A stretch of DNA of 6,480 nucleotides from a virus (taxonomy: Duplodnaviria > Heunggongvirae > Uroviricota > Caudoviricetes), in the IMG/VR virus record IMGVR_UViG_2740892268_000008; one strand, 5' to 3'. This document shows, in pieces, positions 1 through 5,584 of the stretch. The number at the start of each line of letters is the position of its first letter. The first letter of the stretch is position 1. Under the pieces are notes generated by a model that worked only from the letters and a program-made list of their open reading frames with translations, made no database searches and was not told the DNA's origin. Both the position numbers and the translations under genes were made by a program.

Positions 1-98
1 GGGGAATATCTCCCCGGCAGCCTTCAGGGAAAAATATCATCAGATGGCTGCTTAAAAAAAGAACAAATGGTAGTGTCCGCTATTGCCAGTACACCTCA
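1..98. repeat. Left copy of a 98-bp perfect inverted repeat; partner at 6383-6480
   Basis: Reverse complement of 6383-6480 equals 1-98 base for base; identity ends at position 99. The outermost 15 nt (GGGGAATATCTCCCC) is itself a small hairpin-capable palindrome. Confidence 0.95.
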
Positions 99-443
99 GG
101 ATAGCGGTCATGTGATGCCGGTTTCCCGGTAACTCAGCACCGGTATCTGAGTCAACGTTTTCTCTACTGGGTCATTTCCGATACGCCCTGCCTGCTGACA
201 GGCTTTCATCACATCTGAAAATATAGCACCCTGACTGATACTGTAGTACCTAAGGTTCCAGAAACTGTGATGTATCCGGNNNNNNNNNNNNNNNNNNNNN
301 NNNNNNNNNNNNNNNNNNNNNNNNNNNNNNNNNNNNNNNNNNNNNNNNNNNNNNNNNNNNNNNNNNNNNNNNNNNNNNNNNNNNNNNNNNNNNNNNNNNN
401 NNNNNNNNNNNNNNNNNNNNNNNNNNNNNNNNNNNNNNNNNNN

Positions 444-520
444 NNNNNNNNNNNNNNNNNNNNNNNNNNNNNNNNNNNNNNNNNNNAGGCAATTGCTCTG
501 TCCGGCTGAGCTAACAACGC
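444..520 (-). tRNA. tRNA, partial; only the 5' third is visible and the anticodon is masked
   Basis: Minus strand from 520 reads GCGTTGT-TA-GCTC-AGCCGGACA-GAGC-A-ATTGC-CT..., i.e. acceptor 5' strand, D stem/loop and start of the anticodon stem with U33 in place, then runs into the N block. The low end (444) is extrapolated from a typical 76-77 nt length. Confidence 0.5.
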
Positions 521-533
521 ATGATGCAGATAA

Positions 534-610
534 TGGACCGCCATCGGGGACTTGAACCCCGCGCAGCCAGCTTCGAAGGCTGGCGCTCTTTCCTGATGAG
601 CTAATGGCGG
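534..610 (-). tRNA. tRNA-Arg, anticodon UCG as read from the sequence
   Basis: 77-nt minus-strand cloverleaf: acceptor CCGCCAT/ATGGCGG, D stem GCTC/GAGC, anticodon stem CCAGC/GCTGG with loop CTTCGAA, T arm CGGGG-TTCAAGT-CCCCG, discriminator T and encoded CCA. Confidence 0.8.
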
Positions 611-617
611 TATGTGA

Positions 618-693
618 TGGTGGCCCTTGCTGGATTTGAACCAGCGACCTGGCGATTATGAGTCGCTCGCTCTCACCACTGAGCTAAAGGGCC
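618..693 (-). tRNA. ileZ: tRNA with anticodon CAU, tRNA-Ile2 (lysidine) type rather than Met
   Basis: 76-nt minus-strand cloverleaf GGCCCTT...AAGGGCC-A-CCA with anticodon loop CTCATAA and T loop TTCAAAT. The anticodon arm GCGACTCATAATCGC matches what I recall of E. coli tRNA-Ile2 (ileX), and Stx-type lambdoid phages carry an ileZ-arg-arg tRNA trio. The symbol is from memory, not a search. Confidence 0.8.
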
Positions 694-733
694 GGGAGCC
701 GCATAATAACGACGCGTAATTAATTCTTCAATA

Positions 734-1802
734 TCATCCGTTCTGGCTGACTAAATCCTGTACTTCCCGAACCGTCTGCTCAAAACGTTCAGTCTCCAGC
801 TCAACGCCAATTGCACGACGCCCGAGCGCCAGTGCCGCTTTCACTGTCGAACCCAACCCCATGAAAAAATCTGCAATCAGGTCACCCGGACGACTGCTAG
901 CGNNNNNNNNNNNNNNNNNNNNNNNNNNNNNNNNNNNNNNNNNNNNNNNNNNNNNNNNNNNNNNNNNNNNNNNNNNNNNNNNNNNNNNNNNNNNNNNNNN
1001 NNNNNNNNNNNNNNNNNNNNNNNNNNNNNNNNNNNNNNNNNNNNNNNNNNNNNNNNNNNNNNNNNNNNNNNNNNNNNNNNNNNNNNNNNNNNNNNNNNNN
1101 NNNNNNNNNNNNNNNNNNNNNNNNNNNNNNNNNNNNNNNNNNNNNNNNNNNNACCCGGGCAAACAGCGCCTGTAATTTCAGATAATCGCTTTCATTCGGC
1201 AACTGCCACTGACCGGCACTGAACCAGTGCGACACCATGTTTTTCTTTCCTGTGGCATCTGCAATCTGTTTTGCCGTTATCCCCAGGGCAGCTCGCGCAT
1301 CACGAAAGTAAGAAATCAGCGGGGCCATCACATGCTGTTTCAGTGCACTGCCCTTCGCCGCATACCCGGCATCTTTCGGACGATACGGCCCCTGATAATG
1401 TTCCGCGAACAGAATGCGCTCTGTGGCGGGGAAATACGCCCGCAGGCTTTCCTTGTTGCATCCGTTCCAGCGTCCGGACGGCTTCGCCCAGATAATATGG
1501 TTCAGCACACTGAAGCGTTCACGCATCATGATTTCGATATCAGATGCCAGGCGATGACCACAGAACAGGTAAAGACTTCCGGCAGGTTTCAGCACCCGCC
1601 AGAACTGCGCCAGACACTGGTCCAGCCACTTCAGGTAATCATCGTCGCCCTTCCACTGGTTATCCCAGCCCTCAGGCTTCACTTTAAAGTACGGCGGGTC
1701 CGTGACTATCAGGTCAACAGAATTTTCGGGTAACGACCGGATAAATTCCAGGCAGTCGGCGTTGATTAACTCACAACTGGATATTTTTACAGTATTAAGC
1801 AT
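734..1802 (-). CDS. DNA methyltransferase, beta-class (N6-adenine or N4-cytosine), probable orphan phage methylase; middle masked by N
   Basis: N-terminal part (ORF 897-1802) carries the catalytic DPPY motif (LIVTDPPYF). C-terminal part (ORF 734-1162) carries the AdoMet motif region PGDLIADFFMGLGST...LGRRAIGVELE. DPPY before FxGxG is the beta-class order. The two parts are in different frames as numbered across the 250-nt N block. Confidence 0.8.
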
Positions 1803-1894
1803 GGATCATTAAGCCTGTCTCTGATAGGCTCATTCTGCTTTTGCGCAAAGCAGTGGGCCTGAGGTTTGCTTGTGAACCCAACGCATGAGCAGAT

Positions 1895-1925
1895 GGCTGG
1901 TGGGTGCCCCTAACACCCACCAGCC
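1895..1925. repeat. Perfect 12-bp inverted repeat with a 7-nt spacer (GGCTGGTGGGTG-cccctaa-CACCCACCAGCC)
   Basis: Read directly. It sits about 90 bp upstream of the methyltransferase start and just downstream of a terminator on the minus strand, so it could be an operator or an RNA stem-loop. Confidence 0.6.
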
Positions 1926-1938
1926 GCCCATTTACCAC

Positions 1939-1966
1939 AAATAAAAAAGCCTTCACTGCGGAAGGC
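1939..1966 (-). terminator. Rho-independent terminator candidate (minus strand)
   Basis: Minus strand GCCTTC-CGCAGT-GAAGGC (6-bp perfect stem) followed by TTTTTTATTT. It overlaps the stop codon of the 65-aa ORF. Confidence 0.55.
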
Positions 1967-2150
1967 GTCTGTAACAACCGAACTGATAGTCTGCCAGACC
2001 CGCCATAACCAGCTGGGTCAGTATTAACTGGCAGCGTTCGCGTGAAAGGTAAGTATTCTGCGCTATCTCCCCGACTGTCGCCGGTTCGGTAACGCTTAAT
2101 TCATTAAACACCACTCTGGCGGTTTCTGTCATATCCTGCTGTTTTAGCAT
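1953..2150 (-). CDS. Hypothetical small protein (65 aa), first ORF downstream of the Q-associated promoter and terminator
   Basis: ORF with AAGGA about 7 nt upstream of the ATG and a terminator hairpin at its 3' end. No family recognised. Confidence 0.45.
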   Translation of the reverse strand: MLKQQDMTETARVVFNELSVTEPATVGEIAQNTYLSRERCQLILTQLVMAGLADYQFGCYRRLPQ

Positions 2151-2270
2151 GTCTTTTCCTTTTCCGGTTAACGTGACACACCAATAACTCTTGTCGAAAA
2201 AGCCAGCAAGCTGAAAGACAGGTATTCACCGCCACCAGCGCGTTTACTGTACTGACGCGATTTCAGTCAT

Positions 2271-2292
2271 AAAAAAACCGCTCGGCGGCGGG
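2271..2292 (-). terminator. Intrinsic terminator candidate, tR'-like, about 45-65 nt downstream of the putative late promoter
   Basis: Minus strand CCCGCCGCCGAGCGG (short GC stem CCGC/GCGG) followed by TTTTTTT. The position mirrors the pR'-tR' arrangement next to Q in lambdoid phages. Confidence 0.45.
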
Positions 2293-2341
2293 TTGTAGAA
2301 ACTCTTCTAACGTCAGGCATAAAACGCCCATCGTTATGACG

Positions 2342-2369
2342 AATTTACCACAGATTCCGGAAAAATCAA
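2342..2369 (-). promoter_or_regulatory. Sigma70 promoter candidate (pR'-like late promoter) immediately downstream of the Q stop codon
   Basis: Minus strand TTGATT (-35, 2364-2369), 16-nt spacer, TGgTAAATT extended -10 (2342-2350). Lambdoid Q genes are followed directly by the late promoter and qut site. Confidence 0.4.
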
Positions 2370-2374
2370 CCTTG

Positions 2375-3196
2375 TTACCTAGTTACCTTTTTTAACTGCC
2401 GCTCAGCCCATGCTTCTTCAATATCAAACCGGGTCACCAGCGCATCATAAAATTTCTTAACTGTTTTTTCCCATGACGCGCGTGTTATCTGGTTTGTCAC
2501 CTCGCATATAGCATTAAATGCCTCCGTTGATGGTAGTCTTTCATAGCCACGACCACCACAACGCTGGCAGTCTCTGATAACAGGCATACCACGTTTTACC
2601 GACTCTTCACGATGAATGGCGACACCACGCCCACGGCAATCCTTACAGGCGGTGGAAACCTCACCCTTTCCGCCACACTCCGGACAGGCAACTTTTACCA
2701 CCTCCCTGACTTTTTTCCATTCTTCCCAGTAAGACGGATACACACCTTTCGTACACTTTGCCCATACCGGCGGCTTACCATCCGGATACTGGATCTTGTT
2801 TGTAAAAACCTCGCTTTCAATAAATTTTTTTCCGTGACAGCAGGGGCACTGTTTTTTGCTCGCCGCGCTACGGGCATAATCTTCAAACGCATACGAAGCC
2901 ATAATACGCATCACTGCCGGTTTTATTTCTGCCGGGAGTTTTCTTAACGCCGCCACGCGATCACACCGACTGAGTGCATATTCTGTCAGCAATTCTGTTG
3001 CCCGCTCTCTGTCATTCATACTAATGCCCATTTTCCCAAGGAACGCAGAAACCCCCATCTCAGCCCGATTCTGTGTCATGCCCTGCGCGGCCATCACATC
3101 AGTGATACTCAGCGCATCTTTCGACGTTGAGGCCGATGCATCAGTCAGGCCGGGGGATTTTGGGGAGTAGTATTTCGGTAAATCTTCCAGTTTCAT
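2375..3196 (-). CDS. Late-gene antitermination protein Q-like (QuuQ/Antiterm-type, 273 aa) with four CxxCxGxG zinc-binding repeats
   Basis: Sits directly downstream of rusA with an ATGA start/stop overlap and directly upstream of a promoter plus intrinsic terminator. Carries CPCCHGKK, CPECGGKG, CKDCRGRG and CQRCGGRG motifs. Family assigned from context and motifs, not a search. Confidence 0.65.
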   Translation of the reverse strand: MKLEDLPKYYSPKSPGLTDASASTSKDALSITDVMAAQGMTQNRAEMGVSAFLGKMGISMNDRERATELLTEYALSRCDRVAALRKLPAEIKPAVMRIMASYAFEDYARSAASKKQCPCCHGKKFIESEVFTNKIQYPDGKPPVWAKCTKGVYPSYWEEWKKVREVVKVACPECGGKGEVSTACKDCRGRGVAIHREESVKRGMPVIRDCQRCGGRGYERLPSTEAFNAICEVTNQITRASWEKTVKKFYDALVTRFDIEEAWAERQLKKVTR

Positions 3197-3570
3197 TTTT
3201 TGACCTGCCCTTCAAGCATTATGGGATAAATCTTCACCCCCAGACGTCCACCAGATACTGGCTGAGCACGAACGATATTGATTTCATCAAACTGCTCATC
3301 GTCCATTAGCAACCCCGCATGCGTCAGCGCATCCAGCGGCGCTTTCAGAATATTGTCCAGGTCACGGCGGCGCTTATCCGGTGGTTCTGCAATAATTTTT
3401 ATTGCCAACCTTCCGGACAGGCTTAATTTCAGCCGCTGCTGGCGAACAATAAGCGCCACTGCCCGGCGANNNNNNNNNNNNNNNNNNNNNNNNNNNNNNN
3501 NNNNNNNNNNNNNNNNNNNNNNNNNNNNNNNNNNNNNNNNNNNNNNNNNNNNNNNNNNNNNNNNNNNNNN
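3193..3570 (-). CDS. rusA: Crossover junction endodeoxyribonuclease RusA (Holliday junction resolvase); N-terminus masked
   Basis: Visible C-terminal 88 aa contain PDKRRRDLDNILKAPLDALTHAGLLMDDEQ, matching the RusA catalytic region ([30 protein letters not shown] in E. coli RusA, from memory). The frame stays open into the N block; the 5' end is estimated from a ~120-aa RusA length. Confidence 0.8.
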   Translation of the reverse strand, partial: XXXXXXXXXXXXXXXXXXXXXXXXXXXXXXXXXXRRAVALIVRQQRLKLSLSGRLAIKIIAEPPDKRRRDLDNILKAPLDALTHAGLLMDDEQFDEINIVRAQPVSGGRLGVKIYPIMLEGQVKK

Positions 3571-3571
3571 N

Positions 3572-4640
3572 NNNNNNNNNNNNNNNNNNNNNNNNNNNNN
3601 NNNNNNNNNNNNNNNNNNNNNNNNNNNNNNNNNNNNNNNNNNNNNNNNNNNNNNNNNNNNNNNNNNNNNNNNNNNNNNNNNNNNNNNNNNNNNNNNNNNN
3701 NNNNNNNNNNNNNNNNNNNNNNNNNNNNNAAATCATCAGCCTTTGTTCCCATCCCTCCCAGTCCATGACCAATGATGTGATGCGGATCATCTGCCTGATT
3801 GCCACACGTCATGCATTTCTGCGTTTTTACCCAGCGCGTGTATACAGGCATCTCTTCCCGTTGTGATTTCTGGCGCTGGAGATACTGAGCCGGTGACTCC
3901 GGATCAACGGCAATGCTGACCACCGTCTTTTCCTGTGGTGGGTTCTGTTGCTGGTGGACGTGAGGCAGTAACGCAATATTTTTTGTGCGCTGCTTCAGTA
4001 TGCTGGTGGCTGTCTGCTCTCCCGGTATGATGTCGCTTTCACTGTACACAGAGCGAATTTTTTCCGCACGCAACCCCAGCGAACGACGTAATACCGCTTC
4101 CGGTAGCGCGTCCGCCACCTGATTGCGGACCGCCCACCAGGATAATTCAGCCAGAGATAATTCACGCTCCTGCGTACCGCTTATTGCGTGACCGATGACG
4201 TCAATCATCCATGCTGACAGGTTTTGATGAGCAAGTTGCTCGAGTGATTCGGATGTCTGGTCACGCAGCTGGTTGTCGCAGTGCCAGCACAACACCATTG
4301 CGCCGGTACCATAACGGTGAATGACGGTTTCGCTGTGATGATAATCGCCGTGTGGCCACTGGCAGGATTTAATATGGCGCAACAGCCAGTCAGACAATGC
4401 ACCAGCACCACCAGCAGCACGAATCACCCGTGCGTTACTGAAAAACGGCAGCAATGTTTTGTCTTCCACCAGCGGCTGGCGAGCGGCAGGAACGACCCCG
4501 GACGGCAGATTACGCATGCTTTTTGGTTCCGGCTCCACCAGTATTCTGCCGTTATGGAATGCTGACATTGATTCACGGCCTGGCTTAACGATAACCAGAC
4601 CGAGTTCCGGTACCAGAACAGGTCGAAGTAATACCCGCAC
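3572..4640 (-). CDS. DUF968/YdfU-like prophage protein with an HNH-like CxxC...HH motif; 3' end masked
   Basis: Long minus-strand ORF from a GTG at 4640 (GGAGG 4 nt upstream; alternative ATG at 4568) into the N block, sitting just upstream of rusA and Q as YdfU does in Qin-type prophages. CMTCGNQADDPHHIIGHG lies just before the mask. The 3' coordinate is an estimate. Confidence 0.55.
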
Positions 4641-4715
4641 ATTACCTCCAGATCCGTTGCTGGAATGTGCGGGACGGACGCGTTGGCCGTTCGGAGTAAG
4701 GGAGCCTGACGGAGA

Positions 4716-4997
4716 TTATCCAGTGACGGTAGTCGAGGCTAAGGGCTTTTTTAACCTCGCATCCGCGCCTGCGGTAACACTGAATGAGCCATTCGGCCTG
4801 TTCTTCAGTGCATGGGGGATGCTGGTACCAATCAGATTTAAATGCGTGAGAGCGCCGCCCGTGCCTGCTGGCAAAGACGGCTGAATTATCAGAATTGTGT
4901 AGTCTGGAAGGCAGTGGCTGACAATAGCGCCATTCTCAACGCGCACAGTATAGAGGCCATCTTCACTAAAAATTTCACGTAATTCTTCGATTTTCAT
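4716..4997 (-). CDS. Hypothetical small protein (93 aa) in the position occupied by rem in Qin-type prophages
   Basis: ORF with GGAAGGA about 8 nt upstream of ATG 4997. It is in the same frame as the downstream DUF968 ORF, separated by one TAA at 4716-4718 and 25 sense codons. Confidence 0.5.
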   Translation of the reverse strand: MKIEELREIFSEDGLYTVRVENGAIVSHCLPDYTILIIQPSLPAGTGGALTHLNLIGTSIPHALKNRPNGSFSVTAGADARLKKPLASTTVTG

Positions 4998-5080
4998 CAA
5001 CAGAATCCTTCCAGATAAATAGCACTCCCCTGTTCGGGGTCCATCCCTCTTCTCCCTGCGCGCTACTTAAGTATTTTTGA

Positions 5081-5109
5081 TTCTATTCCGGCACCATCTA
5101 AAACTTCAA
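5081..5109 (-). promoter_or_regulatory. Sigma70 promoter candidate upstream of the 93-aa/DUF968/rusA/Q gene block
   Basis: Minus strand TTGAAG (-35, 5104-5109), 17-nt spacer, TAGAAT (-10, 5081-5086). A 10-bp perfect palindrome TACTTAAGTA lies just downstream at 5066-5075. Confidence 0.35.
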
Positions 5110-5117
5110 ACGCGTTG

Positions 5118-5149
5118 AAAATAAAAACAAAAACCCGCCGAAGCGGGTT
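5118..5149 (-). terminator. Rho-independent terminator at the 3' end of the hok transcript
   Basis: Minus strand AACCCGC-TTCG-GCGGGTT (7-bp stem, TTCG loop) followed by TTTGTTTTTATTTT, about 70 nt downstream of the hok stop. Confidence 0.7.
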
Positions 5150-5217
5150 AAGTGTGGGTGCATTGAGGATGCCTGACCCATCAGAGGTGGCGAGGGATTT
5201 CTCCCCCGCCTGGTCTC

Positions 5218-5373
5218 TTACTCCTCAGGTTCGTAAGCTGTGAAGACAGCGACCTCCGTCTGGCCGGTTCGAATTCGTACCTCGCAGAGGTCTTTCCTCG
5301 TTACCAGTGCCGTCACTATGACGGTTAAACAGATGACGATCAGGGCGATTAACATCGCCTTTTGCTGCTTCAT
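5218..5373 (-). CDS. hokD: Hok/Gef-family type I toxin (51 aa small membrane toxin), HokD/RelF-like
   Basis: MKQQKAMLIALIVICLTVIVTALVTRKDLCEVRIRTGQTEVAVFTAYEPEE matches my recollection of HokD/RelF and is unmistakably Hok family. AAGGAG lies 9 nt upstream of ATG 5373. The track's 70-aa ORF is an in-frame upstream extension from ATG 5430. Context differs from K-12 hokD because no relBE lies upstream. Confidence 0.85.
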   Translation of the reverse strand: MKQQKAMLIALIVICLTVIVTALVTRKDLCEVRIRTGQTEVAVFTAYEPEE

Positions 5374-5549
5374 AGCCTGCTTCTCCTTGCCTTTCGGCAC
5401 GTAAGAGGCTAACCTAGATTTGCCGTTCATAGATTGAGCCTCAGATTAATGTTAAGCGTCTTGCCGGACGCGTAATGTTAACTGGGGCTTTTCTCTATCT
5501 GCCTTTTGGTGTTCATGCCTGAGACAGATAGCCTCAAGCACCCGCTGCA

Positions 5550-5577
5550 ATTCTACTTAACTCTCCTTTTCCCGCAA
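5550..5577 (-). promoter_or_regulatory. Sigma70 promoter candidate for the hok mRNA
   Basis: Minus strand TTGCGG (-35, 5572-5577), 16-nt spacer, TAGAAT (-10, 5550-5555). From here to the terminator at ~5120 the transcript would be about 420 nt, the size class of known hok mRNAs. Confidence 0.35.
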
Positions 5578-5584
5578 ACCGTTT

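Noticed and set aside
200-235. Extended -10-like TGcTATATT on the minus strand (220-228)
   Set aside because: There is no convincing -35 and only a 33-codon ORF without RBS downstream, so this is too weak to call a promoter.
209-544. ORFs 209-544 (-), 250-492 (-) and 267-509 (+)
   Set aside because: They consist mostly of masked N translated as X and run through the tRNA genes, so they are not interpretable as coding.
1227-1733. 168-aa plus-strand ORF (also 1271-1495)
   Set aside because: Lies entirely antisense within the methyltransferase gene, which has clear catalytic motifs. No RBS and the sequence is low-complexity Arg/Pro-rich, typical of an antisense shadow ORF.
1795-1977. 60-aa minus-strand ORF
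   Set aside because: It overlaps the terminator hairpin and the 12-bp inverted repeat, has no RBS, and is more plausibly non-coding regulatory DNA.
2612-2947. 111-aa plus-strand ORF and 65-aa minus-strand ORF (2695-2892) inside the Q gene
   Set aside because: Both overlap the Q coding region, antisense or out of frame. The Q frame carries the CxxCxGxG repeats and the coupled start with rusA.
3278-3805. ORFs 3278-3775 (+) and 3374-3805 (-)
   Set aside because: Mostly masked sequence; the visible parts are out of frame with or antisense to rusA and the DUF968 gene, which have motif support.
4205-4884. Several overlapping ORFs (4205-4420 -, 4281-4565 +, 4424-4642 -, 4459-4884 +)
   Set aside because: All are embedded in or antisense to the long DUF968 ORF and lack independent RBS support. 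They are treated as shadow ORFs.
5374-5430. In-frame N-terminal extension of hok (track ORF 5218-5430, 70 aa)
   Set aside because: Hok toxins are about 50 aa and a strong AAGGAG precedes the internal ATG at 5373. The upstream ATG with GAGG may be a mok-like coupling frame rather than the toxin start, so it is reported only as part of the hok finding.
5456-5471. Short hairpin GCGTC-TTGCCG-GACGC in the hok leader as a Sok terminator
   Set aside because: It is not followed by a T-run on either strand, so it cannot be called a terminator. It may still be part of leader RNA structure.
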